A stretch of 64,000 nucleotides of DNA from an uncultured Alphaproteobacteria bacterium (GCA_934203105.1 CAKPYQ010000001.1:37270-101269), one strand, 5' to 3'. Positions 10,325-20,899 are shown, counted from the first letter of the stretch. The notes: generated by a model from the letters alone, not told the origin. Made by a program: numbers and translations.

Positions 10325-11143
10325 ATGACAAAATTAATGGAAAATAAACGCGGTTTAATTATGGGCGTTGCAAATGACCATTCGATTGCGTGGGGAATTG
10401 CAAAGGCTTTGGCCGACGCTGGCGCCGAACTGGCTTTCACATACCAAGGGGAAGCATTAAAACGCCGTGTACAGCCTTTGGCCGAATCCGTCGGCAGCCA
10501 CTTTGTTTTGCCGTGCGACGTCACCGATGAAGATTGTATGAATGTCATTTTTAATGAATTAAAACAAGAATGGGGCAAAATTGATTTTATCGTTCATGCA
10601 ATTGCTTTTGCCGACAAAAACGAATTAAAAGGACGCTATGTCGATACCAGCAAAGAAAACTTTACAAACGCTATGCGTATTTCGGTTTACTCTTTTACCG
10701 AAGTGTGCAGAAGAGCTGCCGAGTTAATGCCCGACGGCGGTGCGTGCTTAACGTTGTCCTATTTGGGAGCGGAAAAGTATATTCCGAACTATAACGTTAT
10801 GGGAATTGCAAAGGCTGCTTTGGAAGCATCTGTTCGCTTTTTGGCTTTTGATTTAGGAGTAAACAACATTCGAGTCAACGCCATTTCAGCCGGACCGATC
10901 AGAACTTTGGCCGCATCAGGAATCGGCGATTTTCGCAATATGTTGGAATGGAACAAAGCCAATTCGGCATTACGGCGGAATATGACCATTGAGGACATCG
11001 GCAAATCGGCCGTTTATTTATTGTCCGATTTAGCGTCCGGTGTCACAGGCGAAATCATTCACGTTGACGGTGGCGTTAATAAACAAGGTATGATCAATTT
11101 GGACGACACAAACGCTTTATCCGAATTGCTAAAATCTTTTTAA
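10325..11143 (+). CDS. fabI: enoyl-[acyl-carrier-protein] reductase (NADH), FabI
   Basis: Motifs MGVANDHSIAWGIAKAL and LSYLGAE...Y..MG.AKA. match the SDR-type FabI family. Length 272 aa. Confidence 0.9.
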   Translation: MTKLMENKRGLIMGVANDHSIAWGIAKALADAGAELAFTYQGEALKRRVQPLAESVGSHFVLPCDVTDEDCMNVIFNELKQEWGKIDFIVHAIAFADKNELKGRYVDTSKENFTNAMRISVYSFTEVCRRAAELMPDGGACLTLSYLGAEKYIPNYNVMGIAKAALEASVRFLAFDLGVNNIRVNAISAGPIRTLAASGIGDFRNMLEWNKANSALRRNMTIEDIGKSAVYLLSDLASGVTGEIIHVDGGVNKQGMINLDDTNALSELLKSF

Positions 11144-11166
11144 AGACGTTTAAAGGAAAAAAAAGA

Positions 11167-11197
11167 AACGCCCTTCATCACGAAGAGCGTTTTTTAT
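11167..11197 (+). terminator. rho-independent terminator downstream of fabI
   Basis: aacgcccttcatcacgaagagcgttttttatt forms a 9-10 bp stem with one mismatch, followed by a T-run. Confidence 0.55.
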
Positions 11198-11337
11198 TAT
11201 TTATCTTCCGCCGGCAAAAAATCCATCATCGGATAACTTTGCGTTGGAGCAAAAGGGCTTTCCTCGACATTCATTTTAATATTCACGGAACAGCCCGTTA
11301 AAAAAATGAACCCGATCAGGAACAACAGATTTTTCAT
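11197..11337 (-). CDS. tiny lipoprotein (46 aa), entericidin-like in size and organisation; not in the ORF track
   Basis: Hand-translated as MKNLLFLIGFIFLTGCSVNIKMNVEESPFAPTQSYPMMDFLPAEDK. It carries a lipobox L-T-G-C. The stop is at 11197-11199. Confidence 0.4.
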   Translation of the reverse strand: MKNLLFLIGFIFLTGCSVNIKMNVEESPFAPTQSYPMMDFLPAEDK

Positions 11338-11338
11338 C

Positions 11339-11455
11339 TTATCTTTGTGCCTCTGCTACTTTCTTGGGAGTCCCTTGCGCAACAGAAACTTCATAGTTAA
11401 AAGTACAAGCCGACAAAGCGACACAAGCCAACATCAATGCAAATAAAACTTTCAT
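11339..11455 (-). CDS. tiny lipoprotein (38 aa), second of a tandem pair; not in the ORF track
   Basis: Hand-translated as MKVLFALMLACVALSACTFNYEVSVAQGTPKKVAEAQR. It carries a lipobox L-S-A-C. Its stop is 1 bp before the start of the downstream tiny lipoprotein gene. Confidence 0.4.
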   Translation of the reverse strand: MKVLFALMLACVALSACTFNYEVSVAQGTPKKVAEAQR

Positions 11456-11552
11456 AATATAACCTCAAAATAAAAAAATAAAAACAAGGTTTGCAATTAT
11501 ACACGATTCAATAGAATTGTCAATATATTTTTTTACTTTTTGTTAACTTTTT

Positions 11553-11774
11553 TTATGATGGCCGATTCTCAATGTCTTTTATTTTAGTTTCTTCGCGCAC
11601 AATTTGTTCGTGATAATGTTCAACAATGTGACTTACTTTATGAAAAAGGCCACCCTCATAAGCTTTAAAAGTCCCCCACAGCGCCATAATGGAAACAATA
11701 ATCGTAAAAAAGGCTTCCAAAATATCCATTTTATCTTTAAACGTTAATTGTTTCCAATCGCTGCGTAAACTCAT
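11553..11774 (-). CDS. hypothetical small membrane protein
   Basis: 73 aa with one hydrophobic helix (FFTIIVSIMALWGTF). It overlaps the upstream BOF-family gene by 4 bp, suggesting co-transcription. Confidence 0.35.
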   Translation of the reverse strand: MSLRSDWKQLTFKDKMDILEAFFTIIVSIMALWGTFKAYEGGLFHKVSHIVEHYHEQIVREETKIKDIENRPS

Positions 11775-12115
11775 TTTTCTTTAACCAAATCAATGCGCTT
11801 TACGTCAATTTCCGTTGACATAAATTCTTTTTCTATTTCCCCGTCTATCGTTACGGTATCTTTCGGGCTGACATCTTGTCCACGCCAAACATATTCGTCT
11901 ATTTCAACAACAATCGTATCCGTACCGTCGGTAAAAACATACTTTTCATCACCCAAGCTTTGCGTAATACGACCGGTTAATTGAACACGCATATTGTCTT
12001 GTAAATCCTTTGCGTCCGCCACACTTAAATGATAGCTGTTATCCGGAACAAATCCGGCAGACGCCAAAGCGGGCAGCCCCAACAAGCAAAGCATCATCAA
12101 TAATATTTTTTTCAT
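11771..12115 (-). CDS. YgiW/YdeI-family periplasmic OB-fold (BOF) protein
   Basis: A signal peptide is followed by the family-typical layout: ...VADAKDL.DNMRVQLTGRI...LGDEKYVFTDGTDTIVVEIDE..W.G..VSPKDTVTIDGEIEKEF..TEIDVKRI. Confidence 0.65.
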   Translation of the reverse strand: MKKILLMMLCLLGLPALASAGFVPDNSYHLSVADAKDLQDNMRVQLTGRITQSLGDEKYVFTDGTDTIVVEIDEYVWRGQDVSPKDTVTIDGEIEKEFMSTEIDVKRIDLVKEK

Positions 12116-12245
12116 TTTAAATACTCCTTTTTAAAAACAGATATAACTTAAAAACAAAAGCCGCAAGAGCCTCTTTTTATTTTTACCATAAAAAAAGCCC
12201 CTTTGCAAATAAAGAGGCTTTCTTTTTTTTATCCGTTCATAGGGA

Positions 12246-13487
12246 CTAATACGCAGTTAAGAAATTGGAAATCTGACCAAGGGTACCCAGCGCTCTGTTT
12301 GCCGTACCAACTATTCTGTTATAGTTTCTTTCAGCACCGCTGAACTCGCCCATTGTATCGCCCATAGCCGAATGATAGGACAAATGACCGAATTCATAGG
12401 GGCGCAACATATACGAACGCAACATACCATAATCCATTGTCCACCAATGATATCCAAACATACTTAACAATTGGATTTCCGTATCCAATGCCATCATATG
12501 TCTTTGTACTCCGGTACGTTGAGCATTACCGCCCAAGCCCTGAGTTGTATCACCGACAGCCAAAACTCTTTTGGCATTCGTACCGACACCTTGCTTTGTA
12601 TCACCGACTTTCAGTCGAACAACCGGCTCTTTACCTTCGCCGAATGTCGCCGAACTGTTACCCACTTGACCTCTGGACGCAACAGCCCTGTCACCTTTAA
12701 TTAAATTGGCTCTTACTTGGTTAAAAATCGAATATGTACCAGTGTTCAGTCTGTCAATACTTGCCGTCAACTGATCATCATCATCGTTTGTATCACTATC
12801 TGGTGTAGCACCTCCGGCATTTGTATCGCTGTCCGGTGTTGTCCCGCCGGTGGTGGTGTCGCTATCCGGCGTTGCTGTTCCGGCGTTTGTGTTGCTATTC
12901 GGCGTCCCAGTCGAGTTGTTTTTCTCTACCGTTTTTGTTTCAGCTTCGCCGACCCGATTACCGTTTTTATCGTAATTAGTCGTCGTTTGTCTGTTTCCAC
13001 GCGTAATAACTTCCGTTTTTGTCCCGTCCGGACGAGTTGTCACTTTTTTTGAAAACGTTGATCCGTAAGCGGTAAAGCTGTCCTCTTGCACAACAGTACC
13101 GTCTTTATGCGTTGTTGTGGCAGTGCTGGTTCCCGCACTGGATCTTTTGTATTTAGTTACACTGCCATCTTCATTTGTTTTTTGCCCAGCGGTTACAAGC
13201 GTATTTCCGTACTGAACCGTTCGTTCTCCGTCTTTGGACTTATTTGCCGTTTGATTAGCCCCCGCAGCATTGCTATTTGTTGCGTTTTTATTATCCTTGG
13301 CAGAACCTTTATTATCTGTCGACTTATCCGCCGACTTATCCGTCGATTTATCTGTCGACTTATCGGCAGATGCGGCAGGAGCGGTTGCATTATCGTTTGA
13401 CTTTACGTCCAACGAAGCCAATGCATTTGAAAGCGGCATAATACATACACCCAATAAAGCAATCGCAATAAGCAAATTTTTCTTCAT
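12246..13487 (-). CDS. secreted low-complexity repeat protein (signal peptide; KSTD and TPDSDT repeats; YadA-head-like VGDT.QG repeats)
   Basis: Signal peptide MKKNLLIAIALLGVCIMPLSNALA. Repeats (ADKSTDKSTDKSADKSTD) and 3x ...ATPDSDT.... The C-terminus lacks an obvious beta-barrel terminal F/W. Confidence 0.45.
   Translation of the reverse strand: MKKNLLIAIALLGVCIMPLSNALASLDVKSNDNATAPAASADKSTDKSTDKSADKSTDNKGSAKDNKNATNSNAAGANQTANKSKDGERTVQYGNTLVTAGQKTNEDGSVTKYKRSSAGTSTATTTHKDGTVVQEDSFTAYGSTFSKKVTTRPDGTKTEVITRGNRQTTTNYDKNGNRVGEAETKTVEKNNSTGTPNSNTNAGTATPDSDTTTGGTTPDSDTNAGGATPDSDTNDDDDQLTASIDRLNTGTYSIFNQVRANLIKGDRAVASRGQVGNSSATFGEGKEPVVRLKVGDTKQGVGTNAKRVLAVGDTTQGLGGNAQRTGVQRHMMALDTEIQLLSMFGYHWWTMDYGMLRSYMLRPYEFGHLSYHSAMGDTMGEFSGAERNYNRIVGTANRALGTLGQISNFLTAY
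12786..12915. repeat. about 4 degenerate tandem copies of a 33-36 bp unit inside the secreted-repeat-protein gene (encodes G(T/A)TPDSDT)
   Basis: The unit tttgtatcRctRtcYggYgt... recurs in frame. Confidence 0.5.
13318..13365. repeat. 4 x 12-bp tandem repeat (gtcgacttatcc) encoding the KSTD/DKSA repeats
   Basis: gtcgacttatcc gccgacttatcc gtcgatttatct gtcgacttatcg. Confidence 0.6.
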
Positions 13488-13581
13488 TTTTTACCCCTCT
13501 TTATTATGAAACTGTATATAGTATATTATACCGCTTTTTTTGCATTTCGTCAAATAAATATCGCAACCGATAGGATTTTTT

Positions 13582-14139
13582 TTATTTAGCCGTAACAGGA
13601 ACAACCAACATTCCCATCATTTTGCCTTCCAGTTTCGGCTCTTGTTCGACTTTGCCAAGTTCGGCCAAGTCTTCCTTGATTTTCAACAAAACGTCCAAGC
13701 CTTGTTGTTGGTAAGACAGCTCACGGCCGCGGAATTTTAAAGTGAACTTCACCTTGTTGCCGGCAGTTAAAAATTTCTTTGCGCTTTTCAATTTCACTTC
13801 ATAATCATGCGTGTCGATCATCGGCGTCAACTTTAATTCTTTGACTTCCACGACCTTTTGTTTTTTCTTGGCCTCATTTTTGCGCTTTTGCAATTCGTAT
13901 TTATACTTGCCATAGTCCAAGATTTTGCATACAGGCGGTACGGCACCCGGTGATATTTCAACCAAGTCCAAACCGGCCGCTTTGGCTTTTGATAAAGCCT
14001 CTTTAATATGAACAACACCCACATTTTGCCCATCAGCCAAGATTAAACGCACCTCTTTAGCATTGATGGCTGCATTGGCTTTCGGACCGCCCGCATTATC
14101 CACAGCGTCAAAGCCAGCATTATTTTCGATAACTATTAT
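13582..14139 (-). CDS. infC: translation initiation factor IF-3, probably initiating at a non-AUG (AUA/AUU-type) codon
   Basis: Conserved EVRLI...GVV...EAL..A...GLDLVEISP.A.PPVC.I.DYGK..YE and the C-terminal KFRGRE motifs. The IF-3 homology begins (INAKEVRL) with no in-frame ATG upstream, except one 13 codons further up that has no SD. The minus-strand sequence ggaggtttATAATAgtt places ATA codons 5-8 nt after a perfect SD. Confidence 0.85.
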   Translation of the reverse strand: MIVIENNAGFDAVDNAGGPKANAAINAKEVRLILADGQNVGVVHIKEALSKAKAAGLDLVEISPGAVPPVCKILDYGKYKYELQKRKNEAKKKQKVVEVKELKLTPMIDTHDYEVKLKSAKKFLTAGNKVKFTLKFRGRELSYQQQGLDVLLKIKEDLAELGKVEQEPKLEGKMMGMLVVPVTAK

Positions 14140-14258
14140 AAACCTCCGTTTAAAAGTATTATTACGACATTCGGACACCTTTTATGGCGCCCTTTCAGCT
14201 AATAAGGATACAAATTTTTTTTGACAAAATCAACACTTTTTATATATACTTGTTATAA

Positions 14259-15692
14259 ATGAGGTACTTTTTTTGTTTATTTTTATGTTTTGTGTTCTTT
14301 ATTGGCGCTGCAAATTCGGCCGCCAACGCGACGCAAAGCGCTTTATTTAACAAAGGAAACCTGCTTGAACTGTTCAAAGGCAGCACCGATGGCAGCAGTG
14401 TCATATCGGGATCCGCCGGAGTCGGTGCTTGGCAACAAACGCCGTATGGTAAGATTCGCTTACTTGCCAGCGACTCGGCGACCGACGATTTAAAAGATAC
14501 TTTATTCGGTCTGCAAGTTGAAATCAATTCGGGTGTAACGTTGTCCGCGCCGAAACTGGATTTAAAAAGTCAAACAAATGTAGCGAAACATAAATTTTTT
14601 CTGCCTGTATCCTTGCCATTGCAACCGGACAAAGGATTAGTTTATACAAAAAACGTCACTTTTCCTTTTATTATATCGCTTCAAAAAAGCAACGAAGCTC
14701 TGCAAATAGCCGTCGATTTATCGATTGATTATTGCCAAAACGACGCTTGCACGCCGGATAATCAAACGATTTTATTGTCCATTCCCGCCGGCAAAAACTA
14801 TTTCACGCCGTTTGGCGGCTTTGTTCGCAGAGCCTTTGACTTTGTGCCGGCCGAATCTGATAAAGGGCAAATCAATGCCGGCCGACTTTCATACGATTCG
14901 ATTTGGCTGGCAATTGACTTACCCGACACAATCAAAGATCCCGTTTTTTTATTGTTAGACAGTGCCACAAACAAAGCTATTCCCTATATCATTATTCGAC
15001 AAGACATTCAAAACAATAAAGCGCTGTTTATCGTAAAATTAAAGCAAACAGATATCCAAAAAATAAGCATTTTTTTCAACGCCCGTATGCAAATGTATGC
15101 GCAAACGACACCTTTGATCCAAAAGCCGATCCCTTCTGATTTTTTCCAAAATAATACTAAATTCCCCTTTGGGCTGTGGTTTATTTTTCTGTTGATGTCG
15201 CCGACGCTGTGCCTGCTTTTCAAACAAGCGCCGCGCAACGAAATAATCGCAAAAACGCAAAGCCTTCAAAACATCGTTTGTATTATGGCGGGCGTTTTAT
15301 GTGGCGTTATGATCAATCTTTGTTGGCCGTATGCCGCTTTGTCACAAAGCCCGATTTGGTTAATTTTCGGTGCTTTATTATTTGCTTTTTTGTCCTTTGT
15401 TTCATACCCCGTCACATCGTTCGGATATGGATTTTTAACGGCTATTTTGCCTTTGTTCGCGTTCTTTGAAGCCCATAACGTCACCGTCCCAACATCGTTT
15501 TTAGAATTGCTCAACTTTTATTGTATCTTGGCGGTTGTCTGTGCATTACCGTTTACGGTCTTTTTATTTAAACCGTTTTGGGCGGTTCGTTTAGGCAAAG
15601 CCTTATTGCACAAGAATCATTATTCTATGCGTTTTGCTTTTATATTGGACACATTTTTATTTTTATATTTATTGCTTATCCGATTTTTTTAA
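14259..15692 (+). CDS. hypothetical membrane protein: signal peptide, about 300-aa periplasmic domain containing a C-x4-C motif, and a C-terminal polytopic membrane domain
   Basis: Signal [21 protein letters not shown]. The [10 protein letters not shown] motif is faintly reminiscent of DsbD-N-type domains; this is a weak inference. There are 5 or more C-terminal TM helices. Confidence 0.4.
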   Translation: MRYFFCLFLCFVFFIGAANSAANATQSALFNKGNLLELFKGSTDGSSVISGSAGVGAWQQTPYGKIRLLASDSATDDLKDTLFGLQVEINSGVTLSAPKLDLKSQTNVAKHKFFLPVSLPLQPDKGLVYTKNVTFPFIISLQKSNEALQIAVDLSIDYCQNDACTPDNQTILLSIPAGKNYFTPFGGFVRRAFDFVPAESDKGQINAGRLSYDSIWLAIDLPDTIKDPVFLLLDSATNKAIPYIIIRQDIQNNKALFIVKLKQTDIQKISIFFNARMQMYAQTTPLIQKPIPSDFFQNNTKFPFGLWFIFLLMSPTLCLLFKQAPRNEIIAKTQSLQNIVCIMAGVLCGVMINLCWPYAALSQSPIWLIFGALLFAFLSFVSYPVTSFGYGFLTAILPLFAFFEAHNVTVPTSFLELLNFYCILAVVCALPFTVFLFKPFWAVRLGKALLHKNHYSMRFAFILDTFLFLYLLLIRFF

Positions 15693-16124
15693 GTTCAGCG
15701 TTTCGATAAAGCCGCGCGCCAGTGCATCACATCGTTCATTTTCCGGATGTCCCGCATGACCTTTTACCCATTGCCAACGCACCGTATGAGGGCGCGTCAA
15801 ATCCGCCAACTGTTGCCACAATTCTTGGTTTGCCACCGGTTTTTTAGAGGCTGTCTTCCACCCCTTAGCAATCCAACCGGGCAGCCATTCCGTCATTCCT
15901 TTAACCACATATTGACTGTCAGTTGTTAACGTAATGTCGCACGGCTCTTTTAATATTTTCAACGCTTCGATCACGGCCGTCATTTCCATTTGATTATTGG
16001 TTGTCATTTCGGCACCGCCGGACAATTCACGCTCATTGCCCTTATAACGCAAAACAACGCCCCACCCGCCGACACCGGGGTTACCGCTGCACGCGCCGTC
16101 CGTAAAAATATCAACGTGCTTCAT
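15669..16124 (-). CDS. rnhA: ribonuclease HI
   Basis: [20 protein letters not shown] ... [13 protein letters not shown] ... TDSQYV ... W..KGHAGH.ENE.CD. These are the RNase H catalytic DEDD context. Confidence 0.9.
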   Translation of the reverse strand: MKHVDIFTDGACSGNPGVGGWGVVLRYKGNERELSGGAEMTTNNQMEMTAVIEALKILKEPCDITLTTDSQYVVKGMTEWLPGWIAKGWKTASKKPVANQELWQQLADLTRPHTVRWQWVKGHAGHPENERCDALARGFIETLNLKKSDKQ

Positions 16125-16142
16125 TGCTTTTATTCCTTAAAA

Positions 16143-16190
16143 TAAAAAGCCCTGCCCCGTTTGTTTTTTTAAAAGCGGGACAGGGACTTT
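16143..16190 (-). terminator. rho-independent terminator downstream of leuS (minus strand)
   Basis: ccctgccccg / cgggacaggg is a 10-bp stem with 1 mismatch. On the minus strand it is followed by TTTTT. Confidence 0.55.
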
Positions 16191-16196
16191 ACACCT

Positions 16197-18725
16197 TTAT
16201 TTGACAACGATGTTTAATAACCGTTTTGGTACATAAATTACTTTAACAATCTGCTTGCCGTCCACAAAGCCTTTGACATGAGATTCAGACGTGGCAATTT
16301 GCAAAACTTCGTCTTGCGTCGCGTCAACTGGAACTTTCACCGTAGCACGCTTTTTGCCCATAACTTGAACCACGATATCAGCTTCGTTTTCAACCAACAC
16401 GTTTTCATCAAACGTCGGCCATTTTTCATAGGCCAAAGTATCATTATGCCCCAAACGTTGCCATAATTCTTCCATCATATGCGGTGCAATCGGCGACAAC
16501 ATCAAAACAAAGTTTTCCATAACGGTTTTGTTGACTTTATCCGCTTTGTAAATCGCGTTCGTCAATTCCATCAACTTGGCAATCGCCGTGTTATAGGACA
16601 TATTTTCCATATCTGCCGTAACACTTTTAACCGTCTTATGCATTAACTTATCCAATGCCTCATTGCCACCCGAAGCAACAATTTTTGCCGATATTTGGTC
16701 GTTGTCATCAATAAACATTCCCCAAACACGTTTCATAAAGCGATACGCACCGTTAATGCCTTCGTCCGTCCATGGCTTTTCGGCCGAAACAGGCCCCATA
16801 AACATTTCATACAAACGCAACGTATCCGCGCCAAATTCGCGGACAACATCATCAGGGTTGGCCACGTTATAACGTGACTTGGACATTTTTTCAACTTGCG
16901 TATTGACGCGAACATCGGATCCTTTAACATACCATTCTTGACCGCGGCGCTCAACTTCGGACGAATGGTAATATTTACCGTTGTCGTCACGATAAGAATA
17001 CGCCGTAATCATACCTTGGTTGAACAATTTTTGGAACGGTTCTTTTGTGGAAACCAATCCCGCATCAAACAAAACTTTGTGCCAAAAGCGCGCATATAAC
17101 AAATGCAAAACAGCGTGTTCCGCACCACCGATATAAGTATCTACCGGCATCCAATAATTTTCGGCTTCTTTGCTCCAAGCCTGTTCATCATTATGCGGAT
17201 CGCAGTAACGCAAAAAGTACCAACTGGATCCGGCCCATTGCGGCATTGTGTTTGTTTCGCGCTTTGCCGGCTTTCCCGTTTCGGGATCAACCGTATTGAC
17301 CCAATCGGTTGCTTTGGACAGAGGCGGCTCACCGTCTGGTGACGGATTAAAGTCACGCATATCAGGCAAAACAACAGGCAAATCCTTGACAGGAACGGAT
17401 TTAATTGTACCGTCTTCACAATGGATAATCGGGAACGGTTCGCCCCAATAACGTTGACGCGAAAACAACCAATCGCGCAGTTTATAATTGACCGTGCCTT
17501 TACCCAGGCCGCGTTCTTCCAACCATTCAGTCATTTTCTTTTTTGATTCGGCAACATGCAACCCGTTTAAAAATCCGGAATTCACCAAAGCGCCGTCACC
17601 TTCCCAAGCGGCTTTTGTCAAATCAAAATCTTTGGGGGCTTCGATCACCTCAATCACCGGCAAATCAAACTTTTTGGCAAAGTCCCAGTCGCGTTGATCG
17701 TGTGCCGGCACCGCCATAATTGCACCGTATCCGTAATCGCCCAAAACATAGTCCGCGATATAAACAGGAATCTTGCGCCCGTCAACCGGATTGATCGCAT
17801 AAGCACCAGTAAAAGCGCCTGTTTTTTCTTTGGCTTCCGCCAAGCGATCCTGCGTTGATTTTTTGGATGCTTCTTCAACATATTTTTCAACTTCGGCACG
17901 TTGTGCGTCCGTCGTAATTTCTTTAACCAAAGCGTGCTCCGGCGCCAATACGCAGTAAGTGGCACCAAACAATGTATCCGGCCGCGTCGTATAAACCGTA
18001 AATTCGGCATTTGTACCGTCGACTTTGAATTTAACATCAGCGCCGGTTGATTTACCGATCCATTCGCGTTGCATAATTTTAACGCCTTCCGGCCAATCCA
18101 AATCGTCCAAATCGTTTAACAAACGTTCTGCATAGGCTGTAATTTTCAACATCCATTGGCGCATCGGCTTTTTAATCACTTCGTCGCCCGTTTCGACATA
18201 CTTACCGTCTTTGACTTCTTCATTAGCCAACACCGTCCCCATTTTCGGACACCAGTTGACCGGCATTTGAACTTCATAAGCCAAACCTTTATCAAACAAC
18301 AGCTTAAAAATCCATTGTGTCCATTTATAATAAGACGCATCAGAGGTTTTAATCAGCCGATCCCAATCATAAGAGAAACCGACATTTTTCATTTGTTGCG
18401 TGAAATAGTCACAGTTTTTAACCGTCACTTCGTGCGGGTGAATGCCTTTACGCGCCGCATAGCGTTCTGCGGGCAAGCCAAAACTGTCATATCCCATCGG
18501 GTGCAAAACATTAAACCCGTTCATTCGTTTATAGCGCGCGATAATATCGGACGCGGTATAGCCTTCCACATGCCCGACGTGCAAACCGTCACCGGACGGA
18601 TACGGGAACATATCCAAAACATAATATTTGGGTTTTGTTTTATCAATTTGGGCTTTAAAAGTTTTGTTATCTTCCCAAAACTTTTGCCACTTTTTTTCGA
18701 TTTCCTGATGTTTATATTCAGCCAT
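16197..18725 (-). CDS. leuS: leucine--tRNA ligase
   Basis: HMGH-type motif [16 protein letters not shown] and KMSKS ([11 protein letters not shown]), with class I LeuS architecture. The start is placed at MAEYKH (ggag RBS) rather than the upstream in-frame ATG. Confidence 0.92.
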   Translation of the reverse strand: MAEYKHQEIEKKWQKFWEDNKTFKAQIDKTKPKYYVLDMFPYPSGDGLHVGHVEGYTASDIIARYKRMNGFNVLHPMGYDSFGLPAERYAARKGIHPHEVTVKNCDYFTQQMKNVGFSYDWDRLIKTSDASYYKWTQWIFKLLFDKGLAYEVQMPVNWCPKMGTVLANEEVKDGKYVETGDEVIKKPMRQWMLKITAYAERLLNDLDDLDWPEGVKIMQREWIGKSTGADVKFKVDGTNAEFTVYTTRPDTLFGATYCVLAPEHALVKEITTDAQRAEVEKYVEEASKKSTQDRLAEAKEKTGAFTGAYAINPVDGRKIPVYIADYVLGDYGYGAIMAVPAHDQRDWDFAKKFDLPVIEVIEAPKDFDLTKAAWEGDGALVNSGFLNGLHVAESKKKMTEWLEERGLGKGTVNYKLRDWLFSRQRYWGEPFPIIHCEDGTIKSVPVKDLPVVLPDMRDFNPSPDGEPPLSKATDWVNTVDPETGKPAKRETNTMPQWAGSSWYFLRYCDPHNDEQAWSKEAENYWMPVDTYIGGAEHAVLHLLYARFWHKVLFDAGLVSTKEPFQKLFNQGMITAYSYRDDNGKYYHSSEVERRGQEWYVKGSDVRVNTQVEKMSKSRYNVANPDDVVREFGADTLRLYEMFMGPVSAEKPWTDEGINGAYRFMKRVWGMFIDDNDQISAKIVASGGNEALDKLMHKTVKSVTADMENMSYNTAIAKLMELTNAIYKADKVNKTVMENFVLMLSPIAPHMMEELWQRLGHNDTLAYEKWPTFDENVLVENEADIVVQVMGKKRATVKVPVDATQDEVLQIATSESHVKGFVDGKQIVKVIYVPKRLLNIVVK

Positions 18726-18829
18726 TTTATTAACTCCTAGACAATATAGAATATACAAGACGCTAACACAATTTTTACTAAATTGCAAGAGTAGTTTTTG
18801 TTATTTTAAAAAACAGCGAAATAAAACGC

Positions 18830-18858
18830 TTGCATTAACACTAAAAGGAGATTATAAT
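18830..18858 (+). promoter_or_regulatory. sigma-70-like promoter of the first Cys-rich pilin-like gene (TTGCAT-17-TATAAT)
   Basis: ttgcat at 18830-18835, a 17-nt spacer, tataat at 18853-18858. An RBS aggga lies before the ATG at 18896. Confidence 0.5.
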
Positions 18859-18895
18859 TGACTATGTTATTTTATATTTATAGGGATGTATCAAA

Positions 18896-20899
18896 ATGAA
18901 ACCATTTTTTCAAATCGGTCGAAGTATGATCGAAATGCTGGCGGTATTGGCAATTATCGGCGTGCTGTCAATTGCGGGGATTTTGGGCTATAAATTGGCT
19001 TTAAACAGCTTCATCGCAAACGACATTCTAAACGACGTCCGTTTGGCTGCGGCGACTGTACTGCACCAAGACCAACGAAAAATTGAAAATCAAAAATTGA
19101 TTGATATATCCGAATTTCATCAAACTATTAAATTTGATATGGAAGCATTTCAAGACGATTGGGAAATATTTTCCATTCGTGTTTACGATGTGCCAAAGGG
19201 CGTTTGTCGATCCGTTTTGCGCAAAATCACCGATGAATATAAAATCCGTGTCGGAGAAGAAGGCCCGATTTACATCGATGACATTTCAATATGTGATCAA
19301 GAATTAAATGAAATGTTGTTTTATTTCGGAGATGCGGGCTATATTTGCTCGACCCCTTGCGAAGACGGTGAAATCGGTTGTTGCAACGGCTGCAAATGTG
19401 ACGACGGTGCCGATTGCGTATCCGACGAAGTTTCCGGCGAACAAATGTGTTGCCCGTCCGAACAAATGGCGTGCAACGGACGTTGTTACACCGCTTGCGG
19501 ACAAGGAATGCAGTTTGATCCGACCACTTGCACATGCGTTTGCGGCACCGACAGCAGTGGCCGCCCGCTGTTCCAAGATGCCGACGGCAAATGCACACGT
19601 TGTCCCGACATCGGTGGCGCGATGCAACTGCTTTTGAAGAACGGAACTTGTGAATGCGAAAAACCCGGTTATGTTTATATTGAATCGGCTGGTGAATGCC
19701 AAAAGATCAGCTGTGACCCGCAAGAAGGTGCCGGCGGATACAAATGTACCATTAACGGCATTTTATGTGGCGTCGGCTGTGACGAAAACGCCAAAAGTTG
19801 CAACGGCATTTGTTGGCCAAACGGTTGTCCGGACAAAACTACGTTTAACAGAATGCCCAATGCACACAGGGGTTTCGGGCAAGAATTCCATTGTCAAAAA
19901 AACAAAAATGACAGTTGCTATTACGACTATGATATAGGCGAATGGTCCGTCAACAAATATTTGGGCAAAGAAAGAACCGATTTTCGTTGTTGTCAAGCCG
20001 ACAGCAATTGCAACTGCCAAAGCGGGCTTTGCGATCAAAGCTATTGCGCTGCAAGATGGCCGGGAAAAGCAAACTATGAAGTCATTTATTATAATGAAGG
20101 TCGCGGCGGTTGCTATTTTGCCCAAGAGCACGTTTTCTGCTACCCGACCGAAAGTAATTTAAATGGAAATTGGCATTGCTTTATCACCAGCGGATTAAAA
20201 ACAGGCGAACAAAAAACATGTGATACAACTTGTTCGGCGGCCGATATGCCGTCATGCAATGCAAAATGCGATCCGGATGCGCTTTGCAATGTTTATAACA
20301 TGGGTATGCACGCAGACAGCAATGGTTATTGTTGCACCACGATCAACGGACGAAACATCTGCGCCAAAGGAACGTATTTTTACGTCAAGACATCGGATTT
20401 AAAATACAATCGTTGTGGCGTGGATTGTTCGGCCGACGGCACATGTGAATTGGGCGATTGTTCCGGACAATGCCCAAGCGGCGAATATACCGAACTGAAC
20501 AATGTTTACGGTTGTGCTCATGGCAGAATCGGTTGTTACTATAACGGCAATTATATGGCCGGCAGAGAAGGCTTTTCATATGATTGCACTGTTGATAAAA
20601 CAACGCCTTGCGGTTCCAAATGCGACATCGATGGCAATTTGTGTGAAATCGTAAAAGATTTGGCTTGCGCACCGGACTTTATCGGCGCTTGCACAGACGC
20701 AAACGGCAATACGGTCGATTGCAAAAAGTGCCAAGACACCAAGGGCAACGAAGTTGTTTGCAAACAATGTGTAGCAGATCAACCGGTTACAAAAGAATGT
20801 ATTTGTCCGGCTCATACCGAAACGGCCGAAGGACAGCTTTGCTGTTTAAAAACGCACCAATTGGTCAATGGCGGATGTAATTTGTTAAGCGGATCTTAA
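18896..20899 (+). CDS. giant cysteine-rich secreted protein with type IV prepilin-like (class III signal) N-terminus
   Basis: The N-terminus MKPFFQIG|RSMIEMLAVLAIIGVLSIAGILGY has a short basic leader, then Gly, then a hydrophobic helix with Glu at +5. These are the hallmarks of the prepilin-peptidase substrate. About 500 residues follow with more than 70 Cys in CxC/CC/CxxC arrangements. Confidence 0.6.
   Translation: MKPFFQIGRSMIEMLAVLAIIGVLSIAGILGYKLALNSFIANDILNDVRLAAATVLHQDQRKIENQKLIDISEFHQTIKFDMEAFQDDWEIFSIRVYDVPKGVCRSVLRKITDEYKIRVGEEGPIYIDDISICDQELNEMLFYFGDAGYICSTPCEDGEIGCCNGCKCDDGADCVSDEVSGEQMCCPSEQMACNGRCYTACGQGMQFDPTTCTCVCGTDSSGRPLFQDADGKCTRCPDIGGAMQLLLKNGTCECEKPGYVYIESAGECQKISCDPQEGAGGYKCTINGILCGVGCDENAKSCNGICWPNGCPDKTTFNRMPNAHRGFGQEFHCQKNKNDSCYYDYDIGEWSVNKYLGKERTDFRCCQADSNCNCQSGLCDQSYCAARWPGKANYEVIYYNEGRGGCYFAQEHVFCYPTESNLNGNWHCFITSGLKTGEQKTCDTTCSAADMPSCNAKCDPDALCNVYNMGMHADSNGYCCTTINGRNICAKGTYFYVKTSDLKYNRCGVDCSADGTCELGDCSGQCPSGEYTELNNVYGCAHGRIGCYYNGNYMAGREGFSYDCTVDKTTPCGSKCDIDGNLCEIVKDLACAPDFIGACTDANGNTVDCKKCQDTKGNEVVCKQCVADQPVTKECICPAHTETAEGQLCCLKTHQLVNGGCNLLSGS

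Noticed and set aside
18156-18740. 194-aa plus-strand ORF
   Set aside because: It is antisense to the well-supported leuS coding region.
19227-20131. Several ORFs on both strands (19227..19598, 19304..19723, 19308..19637, 19763..20131 etc.)
   Set aside because: They are alternative frames within the Cys-rich pilin-like gene. Arg- and Cys-rich nonsense translations are typical of off-frame reads.
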